Part shown: piece by piece, positions 16,946-25,413 of the stretch
Numbering within the stretch: the stretch's first letter is position 1
How the letters are laid out: every line of letters begins with the position of its first letter
DNA from: Chlamydiales bacterium
GTDB lineage: Bacteria; Chlamydiota; Chlamydiia; Chlamydiales; JAJFMA01
Assembly: GCA_030679955.1 (NCBI GenBank)
Contig: JAUXSF010000026.1
Location: 20,428-84,427, forward strand
Direction of reading: 5' to 3'
Length of the DNA: 64,000 nucleotides
The notes under the pieces: model-generated
What the model was told of the DNA's origin: nothing
Seen by the model: the letters and a program-made list of their open reading frames with translations, nothing else
Databases searched by the model: none
Translations under genes and position numbers: made by a program

Positions 16946-18079
16946 TCAGATTAACTCAGTGGCAATGGCATCATAGCAGACACGTCCTCGGTCGGTGAGG
17001 CGCACGAAGGCATTATCATCATGAATATGACCATTTTCTCTTAGCATGGTCAGTGATTTCAGAGTGTGTGGCTCTAGTTGTCCGTGCTGGTTGGTAAACT
17101 GGTCCATATTGACACCTTGAACCAAACGCATTTGAATGACGAACAGCTCACGTCGTCGGTCGTTGGCATCTAGGGCTTCTTCAAAATCAACAGGAGATTT
17201 GTAGGCTCTGAGAGCTTCTAAATAGCGCTTTTGGTTGGCGATGTTTTGGAAGCGGCGTCCTTCCCAATAGCTAAAGGCAGAAGGGCCAAAACCGTAGAAG
17301 GAGCGTCCAGTCCAGTAGCCGCTATTATGGCGCGATTCAAAGCCATTGCGTGCGAAGGCAGACACTTCGTATTGTGCCAACCCGCTCTTTTCCAGATGCT
17401 GTACAGCCTCTTGATACATAGCTAGTGATACCTCTTCGTTGGGTATCTTGGACAATAGCTGATCTTGCTTTTTGAAGAATTGGGTATGTGGCTCGATAGT
17501 TAGGTTATAAAGTGACAAATGCGTGATAGGCAGTGATGTTGCTTTATCGAGCGTTTCGCGCCAGGTTGCTAATGACTGATTTGGCACATCATACATCAGG
17601 TCGATGGTGATGTTGTCAAAACCTGCCTGTGAAGCAGCCCTGACAGCATCCATTGCTTTATTCGAGTTGTGTTCTCTAGTCAGTATTTGTAGAAGAGAGT
17701 CGTCGAGCGATTGGATGCCAATGCTAAGGCGGTTGACGCCGATATCACGATAAGCTTTTAACAGATCGCCGGTTAGTTCGTTGGGGTTTGCCTCGAGGGT
17801 GATCTCGCAATCTTGTGCACGAGGTATCCAGGAAAGAACTTGAGCTAGACGTTTAGGACCGAAGAGGGAGGGGGTACCTCCACCGAAGTAAATGGAAACC
17901 ACTTCTCTATTATCAAGCAGTGGTTTAAAGCATGACCACTCGAGGGAAAACCCATCGAGTAGTTCATCTTTTAATTCTTCCTTGTCTGGCAGAACATAGA
18001 AGTGGCAATAACCGCATTTGCGCGAGCAAAAGGGTACGTGCCAATAAAGGCTGATGGGTTCCTTACCACTCATCGGCAT
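16946..18079 (-). CDS. hemW: radical SAM heme chaperone HemW / HemN-like
   Basis: LYWHVPFCSRKCGYCHFY (CxxxCxxC radical SAM motif) and FGGGTPS are present, with a HemN_C-like end. The start is taken at MPMSGKEPISLYWHVPFC (ATG 18079 or 18073). The longer track ORF would run antisense through the upstream gene. Confidence 0.8.
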   Translation of the reverse strand: MPMSGKEPISLYWHVPFCSRKCGYCHFYVLPDKEELKDELLDGFSLEWSCFKPLLDNREVVSIYFGGGTPSLFGPKRLAQVLSWIPRAQDCEITLEANPNELTGDLLKAYRDIGVNRLSIGIQSLDDSLLQILTREHNSNKAMDAVRAASQAGFDNITIDLMYDVPNQSLATWRETLDKATSLPITHLSLYNLTIEPHTQFFKKQDQLLSKIPNEEVSLAMYQEAVQHLEKSGLAQYEVSAFARNGFESRHNSGYWTGRSFYGFGPSAFSYWEGRRFQNIANQKRYLEALRAYKSPVDFEEALDANDRRRELFVIQMRLVQGVNMDQFTNQHGQLEPHTLKSLTMLRENGHIHDDNAFVRLTDRGRVCYDAIATELI

Positions 18080-18563
18080 CTGGATCGACGATACCGCCAC
18101 GGCGCCATCTGTTACGATCGCTGAAGTAGGATTCGTCATCTTCCATTTCGGACTCATCTTTGGAGTTGTCCGAGCCTTCGTCTTCCTCTTCCGTTTCCTC
18201 TTCGTCATCACGGTCGCTGATAACGGAGCTTTCGGAGCTGCCTGCGTCGCTTTCTAGATCAAACTGGGTTTCGCTAAGACCTACACCGGTATCAGCCATA
18301 TCGACATCAGGAATGGTTGGCATATCAGTATAGCTAGTTCTGGTGGCCCCGCGTTTAGGGGTCACATACTCTTCAACCTCTCCGCTTTCTTTGAGGAATT
18401 GCAGACGCTCTTTTTCTTCCTCCATTTTTCCGCGGACAGCCTCGATTTCTTCACGGTGCTTTTCAATATCTTTCTTTGGCACCAAGCCGAGTTTAAGCCA
18501 TTGCTCAAGGTCATTGAGTTCTGCTTCTAGCTTCTTTAGCCTTTCGCTTTTTACATGTCTCAT
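18063..18563 (-). CDS. acidic protein with N-terminal coiled coil
   Basis: MRHVKSERLKKLEAELNDLEQWLKLG... is followed by a D/E/S-rich tail (DRDDEEETEEEDEGSDNSKDESEMEDDE). Its 3' end overlaps the hemW start by about 17 nt. No recognised family. Confidence 0.6.
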   Translation of the reverse strand: MRHVKSERLKKLEAELNDLEQWLKLGLVPKKDIEKHREEIEAVRGKMEEEKERLQFLKESGEVEEYVTPKRGATRTSYTDMPTIPDVDMADTGVGLSETQFDLESDAGSSESSVISDRDDEEETEEEDEGSDNSKDESEMEDDESYFSDRNRWRRGGIVDPDADEW

Positions 18564-18688
18564 TGATTTCTCATTTAGCTAACTAAATTTTTCCCGGGGC
18601 TTCGATTATTCATACCCTACGGATATTTTAACACTTATTTTTTTTCAACGCAAACTACCGATTTTGTGTAAAAAAAACAAAAATGGTT

Positions 18689-19282
18689 TTATTTGCGTCT
18701 GTGCTTTTCAAAGCACCAGCACTCTTTGGAATGGTCGTTAACCATACCAACGGCCTGCATGAAGGCATACATAATCACCGAGCCAACAAAGCTCATCCCA
18801 CGTTTTTTCAGGTCTTTTGCCAAGGCATCGCTCTCTGGCGTGGTAACAGGTGTATTGGCAAAGTTCTCTCTGGCGCTGACAATAGGCTTACCGCCAACAA
18901 AACTCCATACATAGCTATCGAAACTGCCAAATTCTTTTTGAATAAGCAAAAAGGCTCGTGCATTTTTTCGTGCGCCGAAGACTTTAAGTCTATTTCGAAT
19001 GATCTTGTCGTTTTGCAATAGCTTTTCCAGCTCTTCATCACTCATTTGAGCGACTTTAACCGGATCAAAGCGATGGAAGGCCTGGCGGTAGGCGTCTCGT
19101 CGCTTTAGAATGGTCTCCCAGCTAAGCCCCGCCTGGGCGCCTTCTAAGATTAACATCTCGAAAAGGTGCTGGTCATTGTGGACGGGAATGCCCCATTCGT
19201 TATCATGGTAGTCAGCATAGAACTCTTTGCCGGGTTGACCGCCAAAGCATCGAATTTTACCGTCTGTACTTAAAATCGTCAT
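18689..19282 (-). CDS. tag: DNA-3-methyladenine glycosylase I
   Basis: YHDNEWGIPVHNDQHLFEMLILEGAQAGLSWETILKRR is the Tag signature. The 197-aa length fits. Confidence 0.9.
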   Translation of the reverse strand: MTILSTDGKIRCFGGQPGKEFYADYHDNEWGIPVHNDQHLFEMLILEGAQAGLSWETILKRRDAYRQAFHRFDPVKVAQMSDEELEKLLQNDKIIRNRLKVFGARKNARAFLLIQKEFGSFDSYVWSFVGGKPIVSARENFANTPVTTPESDALAKDLKKRGMSFVGSVIMYAFMQAVGMVNDHSKECWCFEKHRRK

Positions 19283-19363
19283 AATGCCCGACTTAAATAC
19301 AGTTTCATGGCAATTTTAAGCCAGTAAAATTAATTCTGGTCAAAGTACCTTTCAGATACTCCA

Positions 19364-19963
19364 CTAGAAAAATCGACCTATGAACTGGTTTGTGAGAAGC
19401 GCCGCTCCACCGATAACAAGGGGAAAGATTATAGCATGTTTTAATGTTACCTCTGGCTCGACCTTGATGGGTTCGGCGGGAGGGGAAGGGAGCTCATTTC
19501 TGTTGCTCATGGCGTAAGCCAATATTCCCAAACTCACACCAGCACCGACAGTTAAGCCTAAGGTGAGGTAAGGATGCTGCTTAACTCGCTTGGTGGTCTC
19601 ATTAAAGTATCTAACCGTTGCTGTTCTTATTTTTGCTTTCAAGCTTGTTTGTGGCTGGTTTTTTAAACCCAGGAACTCGGCTGTATTAGTAACGCAATCG
19701 TGTTTTACCAAGGAAAAAGGTAGCGAGGCCAGAAGGGCCAGATGTGCAATTGCACGCTTCACATGGAGGATTTGTGGTGTTAATTGTCGGTTGATGATGG
19801 CGGAAGGCAACTTGGAGATGGCATAAAAGGTGTGCGTTCCTGCGTCACAAAAAGAGGCGTAGCCTATTCTCGGTAAAAGCGAGCTATCGTTGGGCTTTTT
19901 GCTGTGCTCAGCAATCGCTTGGTAAGTATTCACGCTATTTATATCAACAGATGGCATAGTCAT
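19364..19963 (-). CDS. membrane protein with two C-terminal TM segments (paralog of 21111-21716)
   Basis: SD GGAGA precedes the ATG at 19963. MTMPSVDINSVNTYQAIAEHSKKPNDSSLLPRIGYASFCDAGTH...LPFSLVKHDCVTNTAEFLGL parallels the paralog nearly residue for residue. The C-terminus is hydrophobic (LTLGLTVGAGVSLGILAYAM, IIFPLVIGGAALL). Confidence 0.7.
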   Translation of the reverse strand: MTMPSVDINSVNTYQAIAEHSKKPNDSSLLPRIGYASFCDAGTHTFYAISKLPSAIINRQLTPQILHVKRAIAHLALLASLPFSLVKHDCVTNTAEFLGLKNQPQTSLKAKIRTATVRYFNETTKRVKQHPYLTLGLTVGAGVSLGILAYAMSNRNELPSPPAEPIKVEPEVTLKHAIIFPLVIGGAALLTNQFIGRFF

Positions 19964-20048
19964 ATAAAGTCTCCTGAGGAGCCAGTATATCATCCGTGCA
20001 TTAAGGTTGACTAAAGACTTACCAAAAAGTGAACAGAATCAAGGAACA

Positions 20049-21017
20049 TCATTCCTTAGTCATATCCTCAACAACATCAAGCTTGGAACGGATTAGCATA
20101 TACAGAGCGGCTTGTTGATTGACCGTGAGCTTGTCGTCATCTAGCAGGGGTACTAGCCGAGAAAGATCTATAAGCTGCCCACTGCGTCCTGTAGACATTT
20201 TGATTCCGCCATGTTCTTCGTCGAAAAATTTCACTACCAGATTGTCTATAGTTTCAAAGTCTTCAGCTGACGGTTCCCTTCCTTTGAATTTGTGAGCATA
20301 TGAATCTAACTTCTCTTCAAGTTGGGCATCGAAATATTCGGAAGGCGCACTTTCCGACGACTGAACTGCGATGAATTTAGATTCATTCGGTAATGCAAGC
20401 GCCGCTGTTTTGCGTGTCTGCTGAGCTGCGGCCTGTTGTTTCCAGTGGTCGACATTTGACTGCACCACCGACAGCATAATAAAGTGTTCGGGTTTAAGGC
20501 CTTTTGCTTCAATTAAATCCGGATTGAGCACATGCATAGTCCAAGTGTCGGAAAATAGTCTAAAGAAAGGTCTGGTCATGATTGCCATGACTTCCGACGT
20601 TTCTGGGTCAGAAATTATCAGTTCCGTGGTCAGAAAATTTCCCTTAACCACTGCAATCAACTCGTTGTTTGGATTAACCACATCAATCTTGGTTAACAGC
20701 GTAAAGGTGTATGGGAGGATTGATGCTATCTTATTGTCATTCTCGTCAGTGATGTCAAAGCTAACCTTTGCCAAAAATGCCCAGTGCATTTTGGCCTTGC
20801 TTAGCAACTGATCTTGCGTGTCATACAGGCCGAATTTTGGTGGAAAGCTAAGAAATTCACGACTTACATACGCAAACTCTTTTTCATCGGTTGCGATTGT
20901 GAATTTCGATGTGAGGGAGAAGGTATGTTCAGAGATTGTAAACTCTTGAGGTAATTGAAATTCGGTGGCAAAAAGAGTCGAGCTAATAAATAAAAAAGCT
21001 AGAATATTATTTAACAT
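20049..21017 (-). CDS. secreted protein, possibly with a LURP-one-related/tubby-like (DUF567) beta-barrel N-domain
   Basis: SD GGAGA; signal-peptide-like MLNNILAFLFISSTLFATE. An alternating beta-strand pattern with repeated (D/T)xxxxxIAxI/V blocks (KIASILPY, ELIAVVKGNF, EVMAIMTRPF) resembles the DUF567 pattern. The fold call is tentative. Confidence 0.6.
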   Translation of the reverse strand: MLNNILAFLFISSTLFATEFQLPQEFTISEHTFSLTSKFTIATDEKEFAYVSREFLSFPPKFGLYDTQDQLLSKAKMHWAFLAKVSFDITDENDNKIASILPYTFTLLTKIDVVNPNNELIAVVKGNFLTTELIISDPETSEVMAIMTRPFFRLFSDTWTMHVLNPDLIEAKGLKPEHFIMLSVVQSNVDHWKQQAAAQQTRKTAALALPNESKFIAVQSSESAPSEYFDAQLEEKLDSYAHKFKGREPSAEDFETIDNLVVKFFDEEHGGIKMSTGRSGQLIDLSRLVPLLDDDKLTVNQQAALYMLIRSKLDVVEDMTKE

Positions 21018-21110
21018 ATAATTCTCCGTTAAATTATATATAACTAATTATTAAACTTTTGAGTTTAAAAGTATATTTTTTTGTTTATCATAGCCCCCCT
21101 AGAGGGAACA

Positions 21111-21716
21111 CTACAAAATTCTGGAAATTTTGTCCGTAATGTATAGCGAGGCAGTAACAACCGCAATAGGCAGAAATATAGCCTGTATTATGGATACATC
21201 AGGAGGGGCTGGCCTAGAGAGGGGACGAGAAGGCTCTCTGGTAACAACGTAACCCAAAGCTCCTAGGGTGATTCCTGTACCTACACCAACACCTAAAACG
21301 AAGCGAGGGTTTTCTTTTAGGAACTGTAGTGCAGTTAAAAAGTGGGTTTTCGCCAGTATCAAATGTTTCTTTGCCACAGTTGCTGTTTTTACTTTCGCAC
21401 TTGGTGGTGGATTGTTCAGACCAAGAAAGTCGGCGGCACTGGTGACGCAGTCGGCTTTGACCAAGGAGAAAGGTAGTACGGCAAGTAGGGTCAGATGTGA
21501 AAGTGCACGTTTCAGGTGGAGGAGTGGTTGCGACACGTGTCCAAAGAAGATAGCCAGAGGCAGCCCAGATGCAGCCTGCAAACTGTGCGTTTTGGCATCG
21601 CACAAAGTGGCATAGCCGATTTTTGCTAAAAGCGATATGTCTTTAGGGTTCTTGGTGTATTCGGTAACGGCTTGGTAGGTGTTTACGCTACTTAAGTCGA
21701 TAGATCCAACTGTCAT
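21111..21716 (-). CDS. membrane protein with two C-terminal TM segments (paralog of 19364-19963)
   Basis: SD AGGAGA precedes the ATG at 21716 (MTVGSIDLSSVNTYQAVTEYTKNPKDISLLAKIGYATLCDAKTH...LPFSLVKADCVTSAADFLGL). The longer track ORF (to 21878) would overlap the chitinase gene's 3' end. Confidence 0.7.
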   Translation of the reverse strand: MTVGSIDLSSVNTYQAVTEYTKNPKDISLLAKIGYATLCDAKTHSLQAASGLPLAIFFGHVSQPLLHLKRALSHLTLLAVLPFSLVKADCVTSAADFLGLNNPPPSAKVKTATVAKKHLILAKTHFLTALQFLKENPRFVLGVGVGTGITLGALGYVVTREPSRPLSRPAPPDVSIIQAIFLPIAVVTASLYITDKISRIL

Positions 21717-21823
21717 ATTGAAGTCTCCTAAGAAGACAACATATATAACTTGTACGTTAAAATTTTCTAAAGAGAAATGCGCAGATGTGGAGTGCGGTGA
21801 ACAAGCCACCGCACTCCATTTTG

Positions 21824-23107
21824 TTATGGATAGAGAATGTTGTAGGCGGAGCGAATATTGGGGTACTTTGTGCCCCACTGGTATTCGTCATTGTCTACTG
21901 CCCAGAACATCACTCCGGCTAGTTTTTGGCTAATGGCCTCTTGCGTTTTTAAGGCTATGGTATCGGGAGTGTCAAAGCTCACCCATTGTTGTGTAGTGCT
22001 ATTCCAACCGTAAGCTGTGCTGGTTGTTACTTCTGATTCAAACGTTAGATCTTTGAGCGCTACCATATCGGAGATCTCAAAATAAGCGAGGAGGCCAGGT
22101 TCTCGAGTTGAAGGACCTGCATTTCCAGCAGATGTAAAGGCGAGGCCTGGTTCATTATTTGTAGGGCTTAGAGCTGAAACACCGCCATAAGAATGACCAT
22201 AGATCGGCATTCCCAGAACGATTTTGGATGCGGGCACACCATGAGATATGTAGTTTTGGAGTGTCTCGGCCACATATAATGTGCTAGCGGGATTCGTGTC
22301 GTGAAATAGGGGAGCGTTGACTCCAGTAAGCTTTGGCACATCAAAAGGTCCATGATAGTCATAGGCCATCACATTGAAGCGATCCAAATAAGGAGCGCAT
22401 TGTGCTAACCATTGAAAGTAGCTAGCGGGATTGTCTTTGTAGCTTTGTGGGACGCCAGAGGGCACTATTGCGGCGGATGCTATAGAAAGTAGCAAGGGCG
22501 GTTCCGCGGCATGTAGCGCGGTGAAGGCTTCTTGCAGCAGCGTCACAAAGTTATCGAAGTCTTCTTCAGTGCCACCGCGGGTTAGATCTCCGGGATATTC
22601 CCAATCGATGTCAATGCCATCAAAACCCCATTTATGAGCGTAGGCAATGGATGAATTGATAAACTGTTGTCGTCCAGCCTCTGTAGCAGCCATTTCACTG
22701 AACAGTTTATAGGTATATGCTCCCACAGTATGATTTGAGGGGTCATTGAAGGACCAACCGCCGATCGATAAGAAGATTCTTAGATCAGGTGCTTTTTGTT
22801 TTAAGGCCATCACTTGCGGATAGAGAACGGTTTGATCGTTCCACTCTACTGGTTGAATGGAGTAGTCTCCTGTCAAATGTGGATTAGATGGATCCAGCGA
22901 CTTAGAAATGAAACCAAAAAAACCGAAAGCATAGTTTAAGTCTGTAATGATGGTTGGGTCGATCATGTTAGGCATAAATTGCTGTCGACCACCAGATGGA
23001 GGCCTATATTGCGACCAATTTTCGTAATAAGCCGTTACCACAGGCTTATCCTGAGCAATAACTGGCTGAGTAATCAGACAACAGAGTAACGCGAATATCG
23101 ATTTCAT
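21824..23107 (-). CDS. secreted glycoside hydrolase family 18 chitinase
   Basis: GH18 catalytic motif FDGIDIDWEYP. Signal peptide MKSIFALLCCLITQPVIAQD. SD GGAGGTG precedes the ATG at 23107. Confidence 0.85.
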   Translation of the reverse strand: MKSIFALLCCLITQPVIAQDKPVVTAYYENWSQYRPPSGGRQQFMPNMIDPTIITDLNYAFGFFGFISKSLDPSNPHLTGDYSIQPVEWNDQTVLYPQVMALKQKAPDLRIFLSIGGWSFNDPSNHTVGAYTYKLFSEMAATEAGRQQFINSSIAYAHKWGFDGIDIDWEYPGDLTRGGTEEDFDNFVTLLQEAFTALHAAEPPLLLSIASAAIVPSGVPQSYKDNPASYFQWLAQCAPYLDRFNVMAYDYHGPFDVPKLTGVNAPLFHDTNPASTLYVAETLQNYISHGVPASKIVLGMPIYGHSYGGVSALSPTNNEPGLAFTSAGNAGPSTREPGLLAYFEISDMVALKDLTFESEVTTSTAYGWNSTTQQWVSFDTPDTIALKTQEAISQKLAGVMFWAVDNDEYQWGTKYPNIRSAYNILYP

Positions 23108-23184
23108 ATGACACCTCCATGGAAAATAAAAATTTATCATGGATGACGTCGAAGTACACTATTTTTTTTTACTAGAACAACGAA

Positions 23185-23245
23185 CATTTTAGCTGCGCGG
23201 CAGGATAAGGCATAGGCATCAACCTAATTATGAAAGTGGCTACGT
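23185..23245. repeat. family D repeat copy
   Basis: CATTTTAGCTGCGCGGCAGGATAAGGCATAGGCATCAACCTAATTATGAAA resembles the reverse complement of 54110-54156 (CATTTTACAGGATAGGTAGGCATACGCATCAACCTAATTATGAGA). Confidence 0.5.
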
Positions 23246-23371
23246 TTTTATGATGCGAAAGTTAGGTCGCGGCAGATTGGATTGTCATCATGGGAATTTC
23301 GATATGAATTAATTCATATTGCTGCGGACCGTATTTTGTGGCATTGTCGATGTAAAAAAAAGTGGTTTTGA

Positions 23372-23977
23372 ATGGCGTATTACATTAATATTTTGGATGA
23401 GTTAATTAAATCGGGTTCATTTTATTGGTTTTGTGCCCTTACAGGCACTGGTATTATTCTTATTCAATTCATCTTAAATATTTTGGGTGTTGCTGATCAA
23501 GATAGCTTTGATTTGGGTGATGCAGCTTCGGATACTATCCATGATGCAAGCCAAGATAATGTGGATGCGCGAAGATTCAAGTGGCTATCGATGCAAACTG
23601 TCAGTGGATTTTTAATGATGTTTGGATGGACAGCCATCACCTGCCACAGTCAATTTGGATTGATGACCACCGCAACCATTGGAATTTCCCTTTCTGTAGG
23701 GGCTCTAGCAGCCTTCATTATTCGCACTATTTTTAGGTTGGCAAAAAAACTACGCAGTTCTGGGAGCATATTCAGAATTGAGAATGCTATTGGGAAAGAG
23801 GGATATATCTATCAAGCGATCCCGAAAGGGGGGATGGGTAAAGTCTCAGTATCTCTTCACGATTTCACACATGAAATCAATGCAACTTCTCACCATCCTG
23901 AAGACTTATCTTCGTTTGTCCGCGTAAAAATTGTTGAAAAAAGCGACGACCACACAGTTGTGGTAGCGCCACTTTAA
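23372..23977 (+). CDS. NfeD-like membrane protein
   Basis: It has N-terminal TM segments and a C-terminal OB-like segment (GKEGYIYQAIPKGGMGKVSVSLHDFTHEINATS). It lies immediately upstream of a flotillin gene, as in yuaF-floT / nfeD-SPFH operons. Confidence 0.65.
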   Translation: MAYYINILDELIKSGSFYWFCALTGTGIILIQFILNILGVADQDSFDLGDAASDTIHDASQDNVDARRFKWLSMQTVSGFLMMFGWTAITCHSQFGLMTTATIGISLSVGALAAFIIRTIFRLAKKLRSSGSIFRIENAIGKEGYIYQAIPKGGMGKVSVSLHDFTHEINATSHHPEDLSSFVRVKIVEKSDDHTVVVAPL

Positions 23978-23986
23978 GAGGTACCT

Positions 23987-25357
23987 ATGTTGGAAATGTC
24001 TTATCTGAATATCACTGTAGCAGGATTTCTCCTATTCCTGTTTTCGACCGTGCTTTTTCTGGCGAAGCTGTATCGTCGCTGTCCGTCAAACAAGGTTTTA
24101 GTTGTCTACGGGCGAGTTGCGGGTAGCAAGACAGTTCAATGTTATCATGGTGGCGGCACATTTATTTGGCCATTGATCCAGGGTTACGCATTTTTGGACC
24201 TAACTCCGCGCACTATCCATATTCCATTGAAGGGTGCGCTTTCTCTTCAAAATATCCGAGTGAACGTGCCAAGTACATTCACCGTTGCTGTAGGTATTAC
24301 ACCCGATGTAATGAACAATGCAGCGGTTAGAATGCTGGATTTGGGACACAAAGAAATTGAATCGATGGCTACTGAAATTATTATCGGTCAGCTGCGCCTG
24401 ACAGTGGCATCTCTAAGAATTGAAGAGATCAATCAAGATAGAGAGTGTTTCTTAGAATCGATTAAGAAAAATATCGAACCCGAACTGCACAAGATCGGTT
24501 TGACTCTGCTAAACGTCAATATCACCGATATCACAGACGAATCCAATTACATTGAAAGCATTGGAATGAAAGCTTCTTCAATGGCTGTTAATCAGGCCAA
24601 AGTTGATGTGGCAGAGCAAGAAAAGCAAGGAGACATCGGTAAAGCTTTGGCAGAAAGAGATCGTAGAGTATCTGTCGCCTCTTACCATGCTGACGCAGTT
24701 AAAGGGGAAAATGACTCCCAAGCTCAAATGGCTTTAACCAATGCTGTGTTGGCAGAGAAGGAAGCAGAAGCTGCACAACGCAGTCAGGTAGCTAAGCAGA
24801 ATGCCGAAGCAATGATCCAAAGAGCGCGAGCGCTAGCGCAGACGCAACTTTTGGAGGCCGAGCAAATTGTTCCCCAGGAGATCAATAAGCGAAAAATGCA
24901 AATTGAGGCAGAAGCGGAAGCTCAGAAGAAAGTCATCATTGCGCGCGGTGAGGCAGAGGCGATTCTCTCAATTAAGCAGGCAGAAGCTGAAGGTATTCAG
25001 AAACTGTTAGATGCTAAGGCTATCGGTTACAAGCAGCTCTTTCAGGCATGCGGAGAAGATGCCAAGAGTGCAGCGACCATGTTGTTAATCGAAAAGCTTG
25101 AAGAAATCGTGAAGTTACAAGTAGAGGCGATCAAAAATATCAAGATTGATAAGATCACCGTTTGGGACAGTGGTAGCTCGGATGGAAAAGGGTCATCGAC
25201 ATCTAATTTCATCAGTCAGTTTACGAAATCGTTGCCAGCGTTGCATGACATAGCTTCTTTGGCGGGTCTAGAATTGCCGCAATATCTTGGTCAAATTAGT
25301 CAGGATTCTCCTAAAGAAGTTAATGGCAAAGTCGTAAACGGAGTCAAATCCAATTAA
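23987..25357 (+). CDS. flotillin-like SPFH/band-7 protein
   Basis: An N-terminal membrane hairpin and SPFH domain are followed by a long A/E/Q-rich flotillin repeat region (AEKEAEAAQRSQVAKQNAEAMIQRARALAQTQLLEAEQ...). Confidence 0.85.
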   Translation: MLEMSYLNITVAGFLLFLFSTVLFLAKLYRRCPSNKVLVVYGRVAGSKTVQCYHGGGTFIWPLIQGYAFLDLTPRTIHIPLKGALSLQNIRVNVPSTFTVAVGITPDVMNNAAVRMLDLGHKEIESMATEIIIGQLRLTVASLRIEEINQDRECFLESIKKNIEPELHKIGLTLLNVNITDITDESNYIESIGMKASSMAVNQAKVDVAEQEKQGDIGKALAERDRRVSVASYHADAVKGENDSQAQMALTNAVLAEKEAEAAQRSQVAKQNAEAMIQRARALAQTQLLEAEQIVPQEINKRKMQIEAEAEAQKKVIIARGEAEAILSIKQAEAEGIQKLLDAKAIGYKQLFQACGEDAKSAATMLLIEKLEEIVKLQVEAIKNIKIDKITVWDSGSSDGKGSSTSNFISQFTKSLPALHDIASLAGLELPQYLGQISQDSPKEVNGKVVNGVKSN

Positions 25358-25366
25358 GAGTCATTG

Positions 25367-25395
25367 GGACTAAGTGGAAGACCTCCACTTAGTCC
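25367..25395. terminator. hairpin between convergent genes
   Basis: GGACTAAGTGGA (25367-25378), loop AGACC, then TCCACTTAGTCC (25384-25395) form a perfect 12-bp stem. It lies between the flotillin stop and the stop of the 1203-aa gene. Confidence 0.55.
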
Positions 25396-25413
25396 AGATC
25401 CGTCTACTTTCTG

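Noticed and set aside
23141-23371. Possible small gene or RNA in the chitinase/nfeD divergent spacer.
   Set aside because: There are only short ORFs without an SD. The conserved part is explained by a family D repeat copy (23185-23245), and the rest is AT-rich promoter-like sequence.
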